A stretch of 64,000 nucleotides of DNA. It comes from Candidatus Acidiferrum sp. (lineage in GTDB: Bacteria > Acidobacteriota > Terriglobia > Acidiferrales > UBA7541). The DNA is taken from contig JBAVHY010000158.1 in NCBI GenBank assembly GCA_049686315.1, positions 2,469-66,468 on the forward strand, read 5' to 3'. Of this stretch, positions 29,284 to 37,866 are shown one piece after another (the first letter of the stretch is position 1; each line of letters opens with the position of its first letter). A program made the position numbers and the translations under genes. The notes beneath the pieces are model-generated. The model had not been told where the DNA came from. It saw only the letters and a program-made list of their open reading frames with translations, and searched no databases.

Positions 29284-30618
29284 CTACTCGACCATCTGCA
29301 AATTCAGCGCGATACGCACTCCGTTCACCAGCACCTGGCCCTTATCGATGAGCTCCTGGTTTGTAATTTCGGAATTAGCGAATTTCTGCGCTAGATTTTT
29401 CGGAAGAAGGAACTCAATCGCCTCCGAACGCTCTTTGCCGCCCGAATTGGAAACCAACGCGTTGACCACCGAGAAATCGTAATAGTCCACCGGCAAGTCG
29501 CCAGGAACCAGGTCCAGCACATCTTTCATTTTTGGCGCCACGAAGAGGTCAAATGTAAGCGCCGCGCGTTTGTAGAGCGACATTTTCTCCGGATCGTATC
29601 GCGCGTTATTCTTCAACGTCATCTGCAGCACCATCTGCTTGCTGACGACCACGAAGGTTGGCGGGTCGTAGTCCACAAAACCAAACTTCGCGCGCCCCTC
29701 CTTCGAAAGCGCATCGAGTTGCGGTTGATACTGCGTCTGCAGCTTATCCGCGTCCGCCGGTATCGCTGCAGGCTTGGATTGCGACAAATCCACTTTCGGC
29801 GCGGCACGAATGCCGGATTCCGCGGCGTCTCCTGACCCTGCCGATGGCAAAAGATTCGGATTGCTTCGAATCAGCCGGCTCGCTGAAGTGGAAGCACCCG
29901 CCGTCGAACTCGCGTCAATCTTAGTGGATTTCGAGCGAGCCTGAGTATCAACGACCAGGGGATCACGATCCAGCAAGGACAATCCGTATTCCTGGCCACC
30001 CAGAAAAATCAACGAGCGATTCAGGATATCCTGTCGCGCGTTGTCATCCTTCTCCAGCACCATCTGAAACGCGTCCTTGCGGTCCAGCACCACCACAAGA
30101 AGCTCCTTCCCCTCGTAGTCATAGCTCTTCCCTGCATCGCGCACGTGAAAGGCCACCTCAAACCCGATGGCGTCGCACTCTGTGTCTGGCGGGATGTTCT
30201 GCGTGACAATTTGCAGCAGCGGAAGAATCACATCGCGAAACGTGCGCGCCGCCCGCTCGTTCCTCGTGAACTGCTTGGAGTCATACGCGGCGTTGTAATT
30301 TCCCGTAGCTTTCAGCGTCACGCGGTCTTTGAAGCGCACAAACTCCAACCCGCGCGTATCTGCCTCGATCTGCTGCGACGGATCCAGGCCCACGATCCGA
30401 CTAAGATAAAAGGGAAACGGGAAATGCGCCCTGGCGATTTCCTGGTTGATGTTCTTCAGCTGCGCAAAGTATTGCTTTTCAAGGGATTTCAGTTGCGGGT
30501 TCAGGATTTCATTGGGACTGACCTGGGCGGTGGCACTCAACGCCGAACTAAAGACCAGAACCGTCAGGCACACATATTTGAGCGCACAACTCCGCGCGAT
30601 TCGGCACATCGTTTCCAT
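29284..30618 (-). CDS. secreted two-domain protein of unknown function (last gene of the respiratory operon)
   Basis: 444 aa with a signal peptide (LTVLVFSSALSATAQ). Two similar-looking halves are separated by a Ser/Ala-rich linker. It lies 19 nt downstream of the monoheme cytochrome gene. Confidence 0.5.
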   Translation of the reverse strand: METMCRIARSCALKYVCLTVLVFSSALSATAQVSPNEILNPQLKSLEKQYFAQLKNINQEIARAHFPFPFYLSRIVGLDPSQQIEADTRGLEFVRFKDRVTLKATGNYNAAYDSKQFTRNERAARTFRDVILPLLQIVTQNIPPDTECDAIGFEVAFHVRDAGKSYDYEGKELLVVVLDRKDAFQMVLEKDDNARQDILNRSLIFLGGQEYGLSLLDRDPLVVDTQARSKSTKIDASSTAGASTSASRLIRSNPNLLPSAGSGDAAESGIRAAPKVDLSQSKPAAIPADADKLQTQYQPQLDALSKEGRAKFGFVDYDPPTFVVVSKQMVLQMTLKNNARYDPEKMSLYKRAALTFDLFVAPKMKDVLDLVPGDLPVDYYDFSVVNALVSNSGGKERSEAIEFLLPKNLAQKFANSEITNQELIDKGQVLVNGVRIALNLQMVE

Positions 30619-30637
30619 TCTCCGAGTTTAGCATTCA

Positions 30638-31138
30638 CTACTTGGTTGTGTATTGAGACCCTGGCCGCCCCGGTCTTTGGTACGCCGGCTCCGCGATGGC
30701 GCGCGCAAAAGCGATGACAGCCTTGATTTCGTCGGCACTCAACGTCCTGCCGTAAGGCGGCATCATCGCGGATTTCCCCAGGGCGCTTCCCCCAAGAGTA
30801 ATGATGTTCTGCATGTACTCGTCGCTTTCGCCGTTCAGTTTTTCTCCATCGTTCATCAGCGGCGGTACCGGAGTTACGTTGCTGCGATTTGACGGGCCGG
30901 CCGGACTGGCATCCGCGTGGCACCAGACGCAGTATTGGTAAAACACGCGCTTTCCCTGGGATTCGTGATAACCGAGCGTGATCAGCTTAACACTGTCGTT
31001 CCAATCCGGTTCTATGTCGTACGCGCCAAACGCCACATCCGGCTTCACTACCGCGGCACTCTGCTTGCATCCTGAAAGGGCCAGCACACAAAGCACGCTG
31101 CACACCAGAAGCACGGCCATCAACGTTTTGGCTTTCAT
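30638..31138 (-). CDS. monoheme c-type cytochrome, lipoprotein
   Basis: The start at 31138 gives MKAKTLMAVLLVCSVLCVLALSGC (lipobox LSGC). There is a single CWCH motif and a distal Met region (SAMMPPYG). ATGA overlap with the upstream gene. Confidence 0.8.
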   Translation of the reverse strand: MKAKTLMAVLLVCSVLCVLALSGCKQSAAVVKPDVAFGAYDIEPDWNDSVKLITLGYHESQGKRVFYQYCVWCHADASPAGPSNRSNVTPVPPLMNDGEKLNGESDEYMQNIITLGGSALGKSAMMPPYGRTLSADEIKAVIAFARAIAEPAYQRPGRPGSQYTTK

Positions 31139-33270
31139 CGGCCGGCCTCTTGCGCGACCGCGGGTACATTTCCCGCTCGCTTTTCTGACTGCGGTTTGCT
31201 CCCGGCTCGCAGTGTCATCAGATACGCCGTCAGCGCGCGTATCTCCTCCTCCGTGAAACTCCGCCGCGATTCGATCGTGTCCGGCTGTAGCGCTTGCGGA
31301 TTGCGCAACCATGCTTCGATCCACGCCGCCGTCAGCCAGTTCCCTGCGTTGTTCAAGTTCGGCCCCACGTAACCGCCGGCTCCTCCAATCGTGTGGCACG
31401 ATTGGCATTGGTATTTCACTTCATACAATTGCTTGCCCATTGACGCCATCGCGGGTGTGAATTGCCGCGCGTCGACGCTTTCGGGATCAACGTCTGGTTT
31501 CTGCACCGCCATTGCCAGGTAGTCCGCGGCAATCGCTGCCTCTTTGTCGGACATATTGAATTGCGGCATGCGCAAAATCAGCGCCGGGCGGATGGTCTGA
31601 GGATTCTTCAGAAAATCGGCGATCCATTTCTTCTGCGCCCGGCTGCCTTCATAGGAAAGGTCCGGCGCGAGGGTTCCACCATAGCCGTTGAAGCGGTGGC
31701 AGGCGTAGCATTTGTATCGTTCATAGACTTCCGCAAATGCGCCCACCGCCTGGAACGACGCGTCTTTCTTCGGTACCACCAAATGTTGCCGAGCGCTGGT
31801 CGGCGCTGGCCCAGTCTCGCTTAACAATGCTATCGTCACAGCGTCCAGGTCGGCCTGATTCCAGCTGTACTGCGGCATGCGCGCCGCCGGATTTACTGCC
31901 ATCGGGTCTTGCAACTTCGCTTGAATGTACGACACCAGGTTGCGGTCGATTTTCGCTTTGCCAAACTCCAGCTCCGATGCGTTCTTCGCTCCCAACGCCG
32001 TCAAGTCGGGCCCAAAGTCTTTCTGTATCCCAGTTCCACTCAGCGCGTGGCAGCTTGCGCAGCCTTTCTCGGCAAATAGCCGCTTCCCGGTTTTCACTTC
32101 CTCGTCCGTAACCGCGCCAAGTTGCGGCATATTTGCCAGCAAATCGGAATCCGTCAACTTGTTCATCACGTACTGTGAAACTTTGTACAGGTCTTCATCG
32201 CTCCAGCCGTACCGCGGCATATTGGCATGGACCAAATATCCTTGCGGATTGCGCAGCCACGACACCAGCCACTCTTGGTTGACCTTGCTTCCCACCTTGG
32301 TCAACTCCGGCCCGATGTTGCCGCCAATCAGTTTCGTTTCCCCTCCGCGCGTCACCGCCAAGGGATGGCAGGTGGTGCACATCATTTGCCGGAACCGCAC
32401 TTCTCCCTGCGCAATCAAATCCGGCTTTTTGCTCCAGGTCGCCACCACTGCCGAATTAATCTTGTTTGTCTCGATGGGCTTGGCTTTCTGCACGCTCAGG
32501 AACGCAGAAAGCGCCTTGATCTCCTCTTCCTTCAGCCGGAATTTCGGCATGCGCGATTCGTCGCCGCTTTCGTACCCGTTCACTATCGTGTTGCCGTCTT
32601 TATCGAGAACCGTGCGCGGCTCCTTCAGCCACTTGTAAATCCATTCGCGCGTGACTTTATAACCGACGGTCGACAGCTCCGGGCCCAGCATGGGCCGTTC
32701 CACATTGTTCAGCTTGTGGCAACCCTGGCAGTTCAAGCGCGCCAGCAGTTCCCTGCCCCGCGCAAGCTGTGGTGTCTCCTTGAGATCGACTTGGTGGCAA
32801 CTGCCGCAGGAAGCCTGCAAAAAATGTGCCGGTAAAATTGGTTGTTCCCACGCCAGTGTGGTCTCGTGCGCTTCTGCCACTTCGGTTGCGGGTCCCTGGC
32901 CGCGGTGACATATCGTGCAGCCCCAATCGCGCACATTGTGTGGAATCGGCGGATGCGCGCGAAACGGCTGCGGCACCAAGGAATCCACCAGGCTTGCCTG
33001 GGCAATGCCCTGATGACAGGTCGTGCAGCGATCGGTCACATTCATCCCCGGCAACCACACCTGATCAATGTTCGGACTGTAATCGGCCAGCAGTTTCTTC
33101 GTGTCCGGCCGGCCCTGCGCAAACTTCACAAACGAGCGTTTGTAGTGCTTCCATTCGGCACGGAAGTCTTTCACCGGTGAAATTGCCAGCACCAACACGC
33201 ATGCCACTGTGGATACCGCAAAGGTGAGCCGCAATCTCCCCGACAACTTACCCATTTCTTCAGCCGGCAT
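31135..33270 (-). CDS. membrane-anchored octaheme c-type cytochrome
   Basis: N-terminal TM helix. Eight CxxCH motifs at residues 82, 118, 155, 181, 298, 404, 521 and 622. The last five sit in class-I-like repeats with GP(E/D)L and (R)MP(x)(F/Y) signatures. Confidence 0.85.
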   Translation of the reverse strand: MPAEEMGKLSGRLRLTFAVSTVACVLVLAISPVKDFRAEWKHYKRSFVKFAQGRPDTKKLLADYSPNIDQVWLPGMNVTDRCTTCHQGIAQASLVDSLVPQPFRAHPPIPHNVRDWGCTICHRGQGPATEVAEAHETTLAWEQPILPAHFLQASCGSCHQVDLKETPQLARGRELLARLNCQGCHKLNNVERPMLGPELSTVGYKVTREWIYKWLKEPRTVLDKDGNTIVNGYESGDESRMPKFRLKEEEIKALSAFLSVQKAKPIETNKINSAVVATWSKKPDLIAQGEVRFRQMMCTTCHPLAVTRGGETKLIGGNIGPELTKVGSKVNQEWLVSWLRNPQGYLVHANMPRYGWSDEDLYKVSQYVMNKLTDSDLLANMPQLGAVTDEEVKTGKRLFAEKGCASCHALSGTGIQKDFGPDLTALGAKNASELEFGKAKIDRNLVSYIQAKLQDPMAVNPAARMPQYSWNQADLDAVTIALLSETGPAPTSARQHLVVPKKDASFQAVGAFAEVYERYKCYACHRFNGYGGTLAPDLSYEGSRAQKKWIADFLKNPQTIRPALILRMPQFNMSDKEAAIAADYLAMAVQKPDVDPESVDARQFTPAMASMGKQLYEVKYQCQSCHTIGGAGGYVGPNLNNAGNWLTAAWIEAWLRNPQALQPDTIESRRSFTEEEIRALTAYLMTLRAGSKPQSEKRAGNVPAVAQEAGR

Positions 33271-33967
33271 GGGTCCCCCAGGGCCACACCCAGGACCAGC
33301 CTGGGCCGCGGAAAAATGTTCCGACCACAGTGAGGCACACCGCCGTGGCGATGAACCACGTCATCACCCACCAGGAGAGCGGCTTCGTGCGCAGCGCTCC
33401 CATCCATCCACTCGCCGCTTTGGATTGATAAGACGCCACCAACAGCGCGGCGACCAACACTGTTGGCACAATGATCGTCCAAGCATCGAACACCACCAGG
33501 ACAATCAACAGTACAATCACCACGCCAAGCACAATTCCCAACCGCTTCGAGGCTTGCTGGCCCCACAACGGTTTCCCTTCCACGTTCACATTGAAGTAAG
33601 GAATCACGATCAGCGCCAGCAACACCAGCGTCGGAATCAGAATCCCCGCCACGAACGGTGGAAAGAAATGCAACAATTCCTGCAAGCCCAGGAAATACCA
33701 CGGTGCCTTCGCCGGATTTGGCGTCAGCAGCGGGTTGGCCAGTTGTTCCAGAGGCGCGTCCCAGAACAGCGCAATCAGCACCATCCCGATAATCAACACC
33801 TCAAGAACGATGGCCTCGCGAACCAACACGTGCGGAAAGGTCATCACTTTCGGTCCGCGCTCATCAATTACTTTTGCGGACGTATTCCGGGTGATGAAAA
33901 CGATTCGGCGCGGCTCTTTCTTCGCGTCCGAACTGAATCCCGATTCGATTTTAGTTTTTTCCGTCAT
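33260..33967 (-). CDS. cytochrome b C-terminal / subunit IV-like (PetD-like) membrane protein
   Basis: Contains [21 protein letters not shown] (PEWY-type motif) and extra C-terminal helices. It overlaps the cyt b gene end by 17 nt. Confidence 0.8.
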   Translation of the reverse strand: MTEKTKIESGFSSDAKKEPRRIVFITRNTSAKVIDERGPKVMTFPHVLVREAIVLEVLIIGMVLIALFWDAPLEQLANPLLTPNPAKAPWYFLGLQELLHFFPPFVAGILIPTLVLLALIVIPYFNVNVEGKPLWGQQASKRLGIVLGVVIVLLIVLVVFDAWTIIVPTVLVAALLVASYQSKAASGWMGALRTKPLSWWVMTWFIATAVCLTVVGTFFRGPGWSWVWPWGTHAG

Positions 33968-34703
33968 CGTCTTTTGACCGTACCGTCAGCCCGCCGTCCT
34001 TCTGCACACGCCAGAAATGCATGCCGATGAACAGGAACGCGAGTAACGGGAGAATGACCACGTGCAGCACGTAAAACCGCAGCAGCGCGTTTTCGCCAAC
34101 AATGTTTCCTCCGAGCGCCACGAAGCGAACCTTGTTCCCAATGATGGGCATCGCGGAGATGATGTTCGTTCCCACTGTCACCGCCCAAAACGCCAATTGG
34201 TCCCAAGGCAGTAGGTAACCCGTGTAACTAAGGAATAGCGTGAGCAGCAGCAGAATGACTCCAATAACCCAGTTGAATTCGTGGGGCGGCTTGTACCCGC
34301 CGCGATAGAACACATGGAACATGTGCCAGAACACAAGCAGGACCATCAGGTGCGCGCCGATGCGATGCATGTTTCGAAGAAATACTCCATTCGACACGAC
34401 GAATCGCAAGTCTTTCATGTCGTGATACGCCTTTGGCGCGGCCGGGTGGTAATAGAACATCAGCAACACGCCGGTCACCACGAGGAGCAGGAACAGCAGA
34501 AACGATAGCGAGCCAAGGTAATAAGCGGCGCGCACGCGCAGGGACTTCTCGCGTACTTTTACCGGCAGCCAGTGCAGGAACAGGTTGCCGAACACCGCCA
34601 AGCTTCGCGTGCGGTTGGTAATCGCAGGTCCGCGCCGGAAGATCGACTTCCACACGCGCGTGGCGCGTAAAGTGTCGAGGGCTGTCTGGAGAGTGGTGGC
34701 CAT
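33951..34703 (-). CDS. cytochrome b (b6-like N-terminal four-helix core)
   Basis: The four conserved heme-ligand His contexts are present: [28 protein letters not shown] and IGMHFWRV. Length is 250 aa, typical of split cyt b. Confidence 0.9.
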   Translation of the reverse strand: MATTLQTALDTLRATRVWKSIFRRGPAITNRTRSLAVFGNLFLHWLPVKVREKSLRVRAAYYLGSLSFLLFLLLVVTGVLLMFYYHPAAPKAYHDMKDLRFVVSNGVFLRNMHRIGAHLMVLLVFWHMFHVFYRGGYKPPHEFNWVIGVILLLLTLFLSYTGYLLPWDQLAFWAVTVGTNIISAMPIIGNKVRFVALGGNIVGENALLRFYVLHVVILPLLAFLFIGMHFWRVQKDGGLTVRSKDDDGKN

Positions 34704-34711
34704 GGTTCTCC

Positions 34712-35212
34712 TCAGGCCTGCAAAACCTGATCGGGTTTTATGCTTTGCAGTTTATCCACCAGCAATTCCCCGTCAGCCGTAAGACTGATGGAATAATGCG
34801 GCAACGGACGCGGCGCCGGCCCTTCCATCTTCTTCCCATCGGGCTGGAATTTGCTCCCGTGACATGGGCAAGCGATCATGTTCGCTTCCGGCTTCCATTG
34901 CGTGACGCAGCCAAGATGCGTGCACACGGCCGATACCGCATAAAATCCCGCCGCCGTCCGCACGATGTACACCTGCTGCTCCTGAAGTATCGTGACCGAA
35001 TTCACCGGGTACAGATCCGGACTCCCCGCCCGAAATGTGGTCGAAGGCTCAAACAGCACATTGGGTGAAAAATACTGATACGTCAGCGCCGCGCCGCCCA
35101 GTCCCGCAATTCCCAGCGCTCCCATCGTGATTTCGTTCAGAAAATCTCTGCGCGACACTGCAGGTTTTTCGCTGAACTGTCCTGCCGCCGGCATCTGCGT
35201 GCTATCGCTCAT
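34712..35212 (-). CDS. Rieske [2Fe-2S] protein, Tat-targeted
   Basis: Tat motif SRRDFL plus a TM anchor. The cluster boxes are CTHLGC and CPCHGS. Confidence 0.9.
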   Translation of the reverse strand: MSDSTQMPAAGQFSEKPAVSRRDFLNEITMGALGIAGLGGAALTYQYFSPNVLFEPSTTFRAGSPDLYPVNSVTILQEQQVYIVRTAAGFYAVSAVCTHLGCVTQWKPEANMIACPCHGSKFQPDGKKMEGPAPRPLPHYSISLTADGELLVDKLQSIKPDQVLQA

Positions 35213-37161
35213 GGGTTTAGAACGATCTCCTCGTGAGTTGTCATGCTTGCGTCTCCGTCAAATACTTCAAATGCTTCCATCGAAATGGTGTTCACCGGGC
35301 AGCGCTCCGCGCACAACCCGCAGCGGATGCACACGGTTTCGTCCTTAACCATCACCGAGCCTTCCGCCCGGTTCAGTTCCTCCGGTGAAACATGCTGCAA
35401 GTCCATGGTGCGAAGTTCCCGTTCCCTGCTGAGCCGCTCCTTCTCTTCCTCGGTAAACGCAAAATCCTTCAACGGCACGAGGGCCAAGCAATTCTCTGGA
35501 CACACATCCACGCAACCTCCGCAGAGGATGCACTCCGTCCCATTCGCTTCGTTGCCTTCGAATATCGTATTGATCCAGCACTGTAGGCAGCGGCTGGCTT
35601 CCCTTCGTGCTTGCTCTTCGGTGTAGCCGGTTTCCACTTCCGCCACGCCGGTGCGCCGCTCGATCGGTAGCGCCGGCACGGTCAGGCGCGAATATTCGTC
35701 GTAATGCTCTGCCATCTCATGATGGTCGAGCACGGTGATCTGCACGTACCTTTCTTTCGGCTTCCAGTCCGGCCCGCGAAGGTACTTGTCGATCTCTGAC
35801 GCCGCCTTCTTACCGTCGGCAACCGCGTTGATGATGAGGCGTGGTCCGAAAGCAATGTCCCCCGCCGCGAAAATTCCGGGCGCCGTGGTCATCAACGTAT
35901 CCGGATTGATTTTCAGTGTCCCTTGGCGCGTGGTTTCCACACCGTCCGCGGGTTTCAGGAAGGACAGATCGGAAGCCTGGCCAATCGCCAGAATCACCGT
36001 TTCGCACGGAATCACAAACTCCGTGCCGAGTTCGAATTTCGGATTGAAGCGCTTGTTCTCGTCGAACACGGAAATGCACTTTGTCACTTCCAAGCCCGTC
36101 AGCTTGTCGTTTTTCCCCACGAACTGTTTCGGCCCCAGCGAAGGACGCAGTTTGATTCCTTCCAGTACCCCTTCTTCAATCTCCTCCTCGGACGCCGGCA
36201 TTTCCACGCGCGATTCCAGGCACACGAGCTGTACTTCCCGCGCACCCATGCGCAACGCCGCCCGCGAAACGTCCATGAACTCCTTCATGGCCACGTCCAT
36301 TTCACTGGAGGTCAGCTCATTCGGAAGCACAACGCTCGCCATGTCGGTCATCAGCTTCTGCTGCTGTTCCCGCATGGCCGAGCGCGCCACGTCGATGGCT
36401 ACGTTGCCTCCGCCAATCACGACTACTCGCTTGCCAACTTCGAATCGGTAGCCCAGATTGACGTTCAGCAGAAAATCGATACCCTTCACCACTCCATCCA
36501 ATTCATGACCGGGCAAATTCAAGTCTCGACTGCGATGCAATCCGAACGCCATCAGCACCGCTTTGTATCCTTGCGCCCGCAAGTCCTCGAGCGTGAAATC
36601 CTGTCCCAGCCGCATGTTCAATTTCAACTGGGGTCCCAGGTCGAGAATTTCCCGAATCTGCGCCTGCAAGACGTCGCGCGGCAATCGGTACTCGGGGATT
36701 CCCAAGTGCATCATCCCGCCCGGTACCGCCGCCGCTTCAAAGATGGTCACGGAGTAACCCAACAGCGCGAGATCGTGTGCCGCGGACATGCCTGCGGGAC
36801 CTGAGCCGATGACCGCCACCTTCTCGGAATACTTCACTTCGGGCTTTCCACCGAACACGTCGATCGGGTTTTTTGACTCCGGCCCGTGCCGCTCGGTAAC
36901 AAACCGTTTCAGCGCGCGGATCGAGATGGGCGTGTCGAATTGACCCCGACGGCATGCAGGCTCACAGGGATGCCCGCACACCCGGCCGCAAATCGACGCA
37001 AACGGGTTGGGGGTCCGGGCATAGCGGTAGGCTTCTTCGTACCTTCCTTCGGCAATCAGCGAGACGTACCGCCCGGCCTGGGTGTGCACCGGGCACGCCT
37101 GCATGCAAGGAAAGTTCGACTCCAGCCATTCCAAATCGACGAGCTTGGTTCTAGTCGTCAC
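35209..37161 (-). CDS. NfnB/GltD-like FAD/NAD(P)-binding iron-sulfur oxidoreductase with a C-terminal 2x[4Fe-4S] ferredoxin domain
   Basis: GTG start and no signal peptide. The N-terminal Cys clusters (CMQACPV ... CGRVCGHPCEPACRR) are followed by a Rossmann motif (KVAVIGSGPAGMSAAHDLALLGYSVTIFE) and a second dinucleotide fold (VVVIGGGNVAIDVA). The C-terminus has CILCGGCVDVCP and CIRCGLCAERCP. The stop overlaps the Rieske start (ATGA). Confidence 0.85.
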   Translation of the reverse strand: MTTRTKLVDLEWLESNFPCMQACPVHTQAGRYVSLIAEGRYEEAYRYARTPNPFASICGRVCGHPCEPACRRGQFDTPISIRALKRFVTERHGPESKNPIDVFGGKPEVKYSEKVAVIGSGPAGMSAAHDLALLGYSVTIFEAAAVPGGMMHLGIPEYRLPRDVLQAQIREILDLGPQLKLNMRLGQDFTLEDLRAQGYKAVLMAFGLHRSRDLNLPGHELDGVVKGIDFLLNVNLGYRFEVGKRVVVIGGGNVAIDVARSAMREQQQKLMTDMASVVLPNELTSSEMDVAMKEFMDVSRAALRMGAREVQLVCLESRVEMPASEEEIEEGVLEGIKLRPSLGPKQFVGKNDKLTGLEVTKCISVFDENKRFNPKFELGTEFVIPCETVILAIGQASDLSFLKPADGVETTRQGTLKINPDTLMTTAPGIFAAGDIAFGPRLIINAVADGKKAASEIDKYLRGPDWKPKERYVQITVLDHHEMAEHYDEYSRLTVPALPIERRTGVAEVETGYTEEQARREASRCLQCWINTIFEGNEANGTECILCGGCVDVCPENCLALVPLKDFAFTEEEKERLSRERELRTMDLQHVSPEELNRAEGSVMVKDETVCIRCGLCAERCPVNTISMEAFEVFDGDASMTTHEEIVLNP

Positions 37162-37194
37162 CTGGTTCGCTCCGGACCCCCGTTCGCGTTCTGA

Positions 37195-37806
37195 TTACTT
37201 CTTAACTGTCAGGTCGGCGGTCACCGTTCCCGCAGCGACTTCTACCGCTTGCGTGGTGACTTTTCCGTCTTCGCTCCAGGTCTTCAACGTGTACTTGCCC
37301 GGAGGAACGTTCTTGATTTCATAGTTTCCGTTCTTGTCCGTCAACGCGAAGTACGGTGTCGGCGAGACAAAGACGTACCCATTCATTTCTGGGTGCACGT
37401 TGCAGAGCAATCCCGCCACTCCAACATCAGTAAATTGGAAGCTCTTCTTTTCACCCTTCGGCCAGGTGCCCATGTTGTGCGATAGCTTCTTGTTGCCGCT
37501 GATGCTGGGCCAATACACGTTGTGCCCCACCGGATCGCTGTTCAGGAATTCCACTATCGTTCCCACTTGCACGACGATCACGTGTGGCACAAACGTCATT
37601 TTCACCTGATCCACCACCGGCTTAGCTGTAGGCGCGTCGAACTTCTTGTCCGGAATCGCGTCGATATACACAGCGATGTTTTCAGCCGACTTGATCCCCT
37701 GCACGCTGACCTTCCCCTTGATGTCCCCCGCCAGGCTCGCGCCCGCAAGGAGTAGCACTGCAACGCATACCGCGACTGCTTTAACCGCAACTAGACGTAG
37801 CTTCAT
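37195..37806 (-). CDS. exported cupredoxin (type-1 copper ligand set) fused to a CarboxypepD_reg-like beta-sandwich
   Basis: Signal peptide present. Candidate ligands are H95 (PVGHNV), C135, H138 and M141 (LLCNVHPEM). The C-terminal TDKNGNYEIKNVPPGKYTLKTW is typical of the regulatory-like domain. Confidence 0.7.
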   Translation of the reverse strand: MKLRLVAVKAVAVCVAVLLLAGASLAGDIKGKVSVQGIKSAENIAVYIDAIPDKKFDAPTAKPVVDQVKMTFVPHVIVVQVGTIVEFLNSDPVGHNVYWPSISGNKKLSHNMGTWPKGEKKSFQFTDVGVAGLLCNVHPEMNGYVFVSPTPYFALTDKNGNYEIKNVPPGKYTLKTWSEDGKVTTQAVEVAAGTVTADLTVKK

Positions 37807-37866
37807 TGTTCTCCTCTCGTTTCCCTGGATTGATGCCTAAGAAGTTTCTTGGCCCGTGCCCAATGG

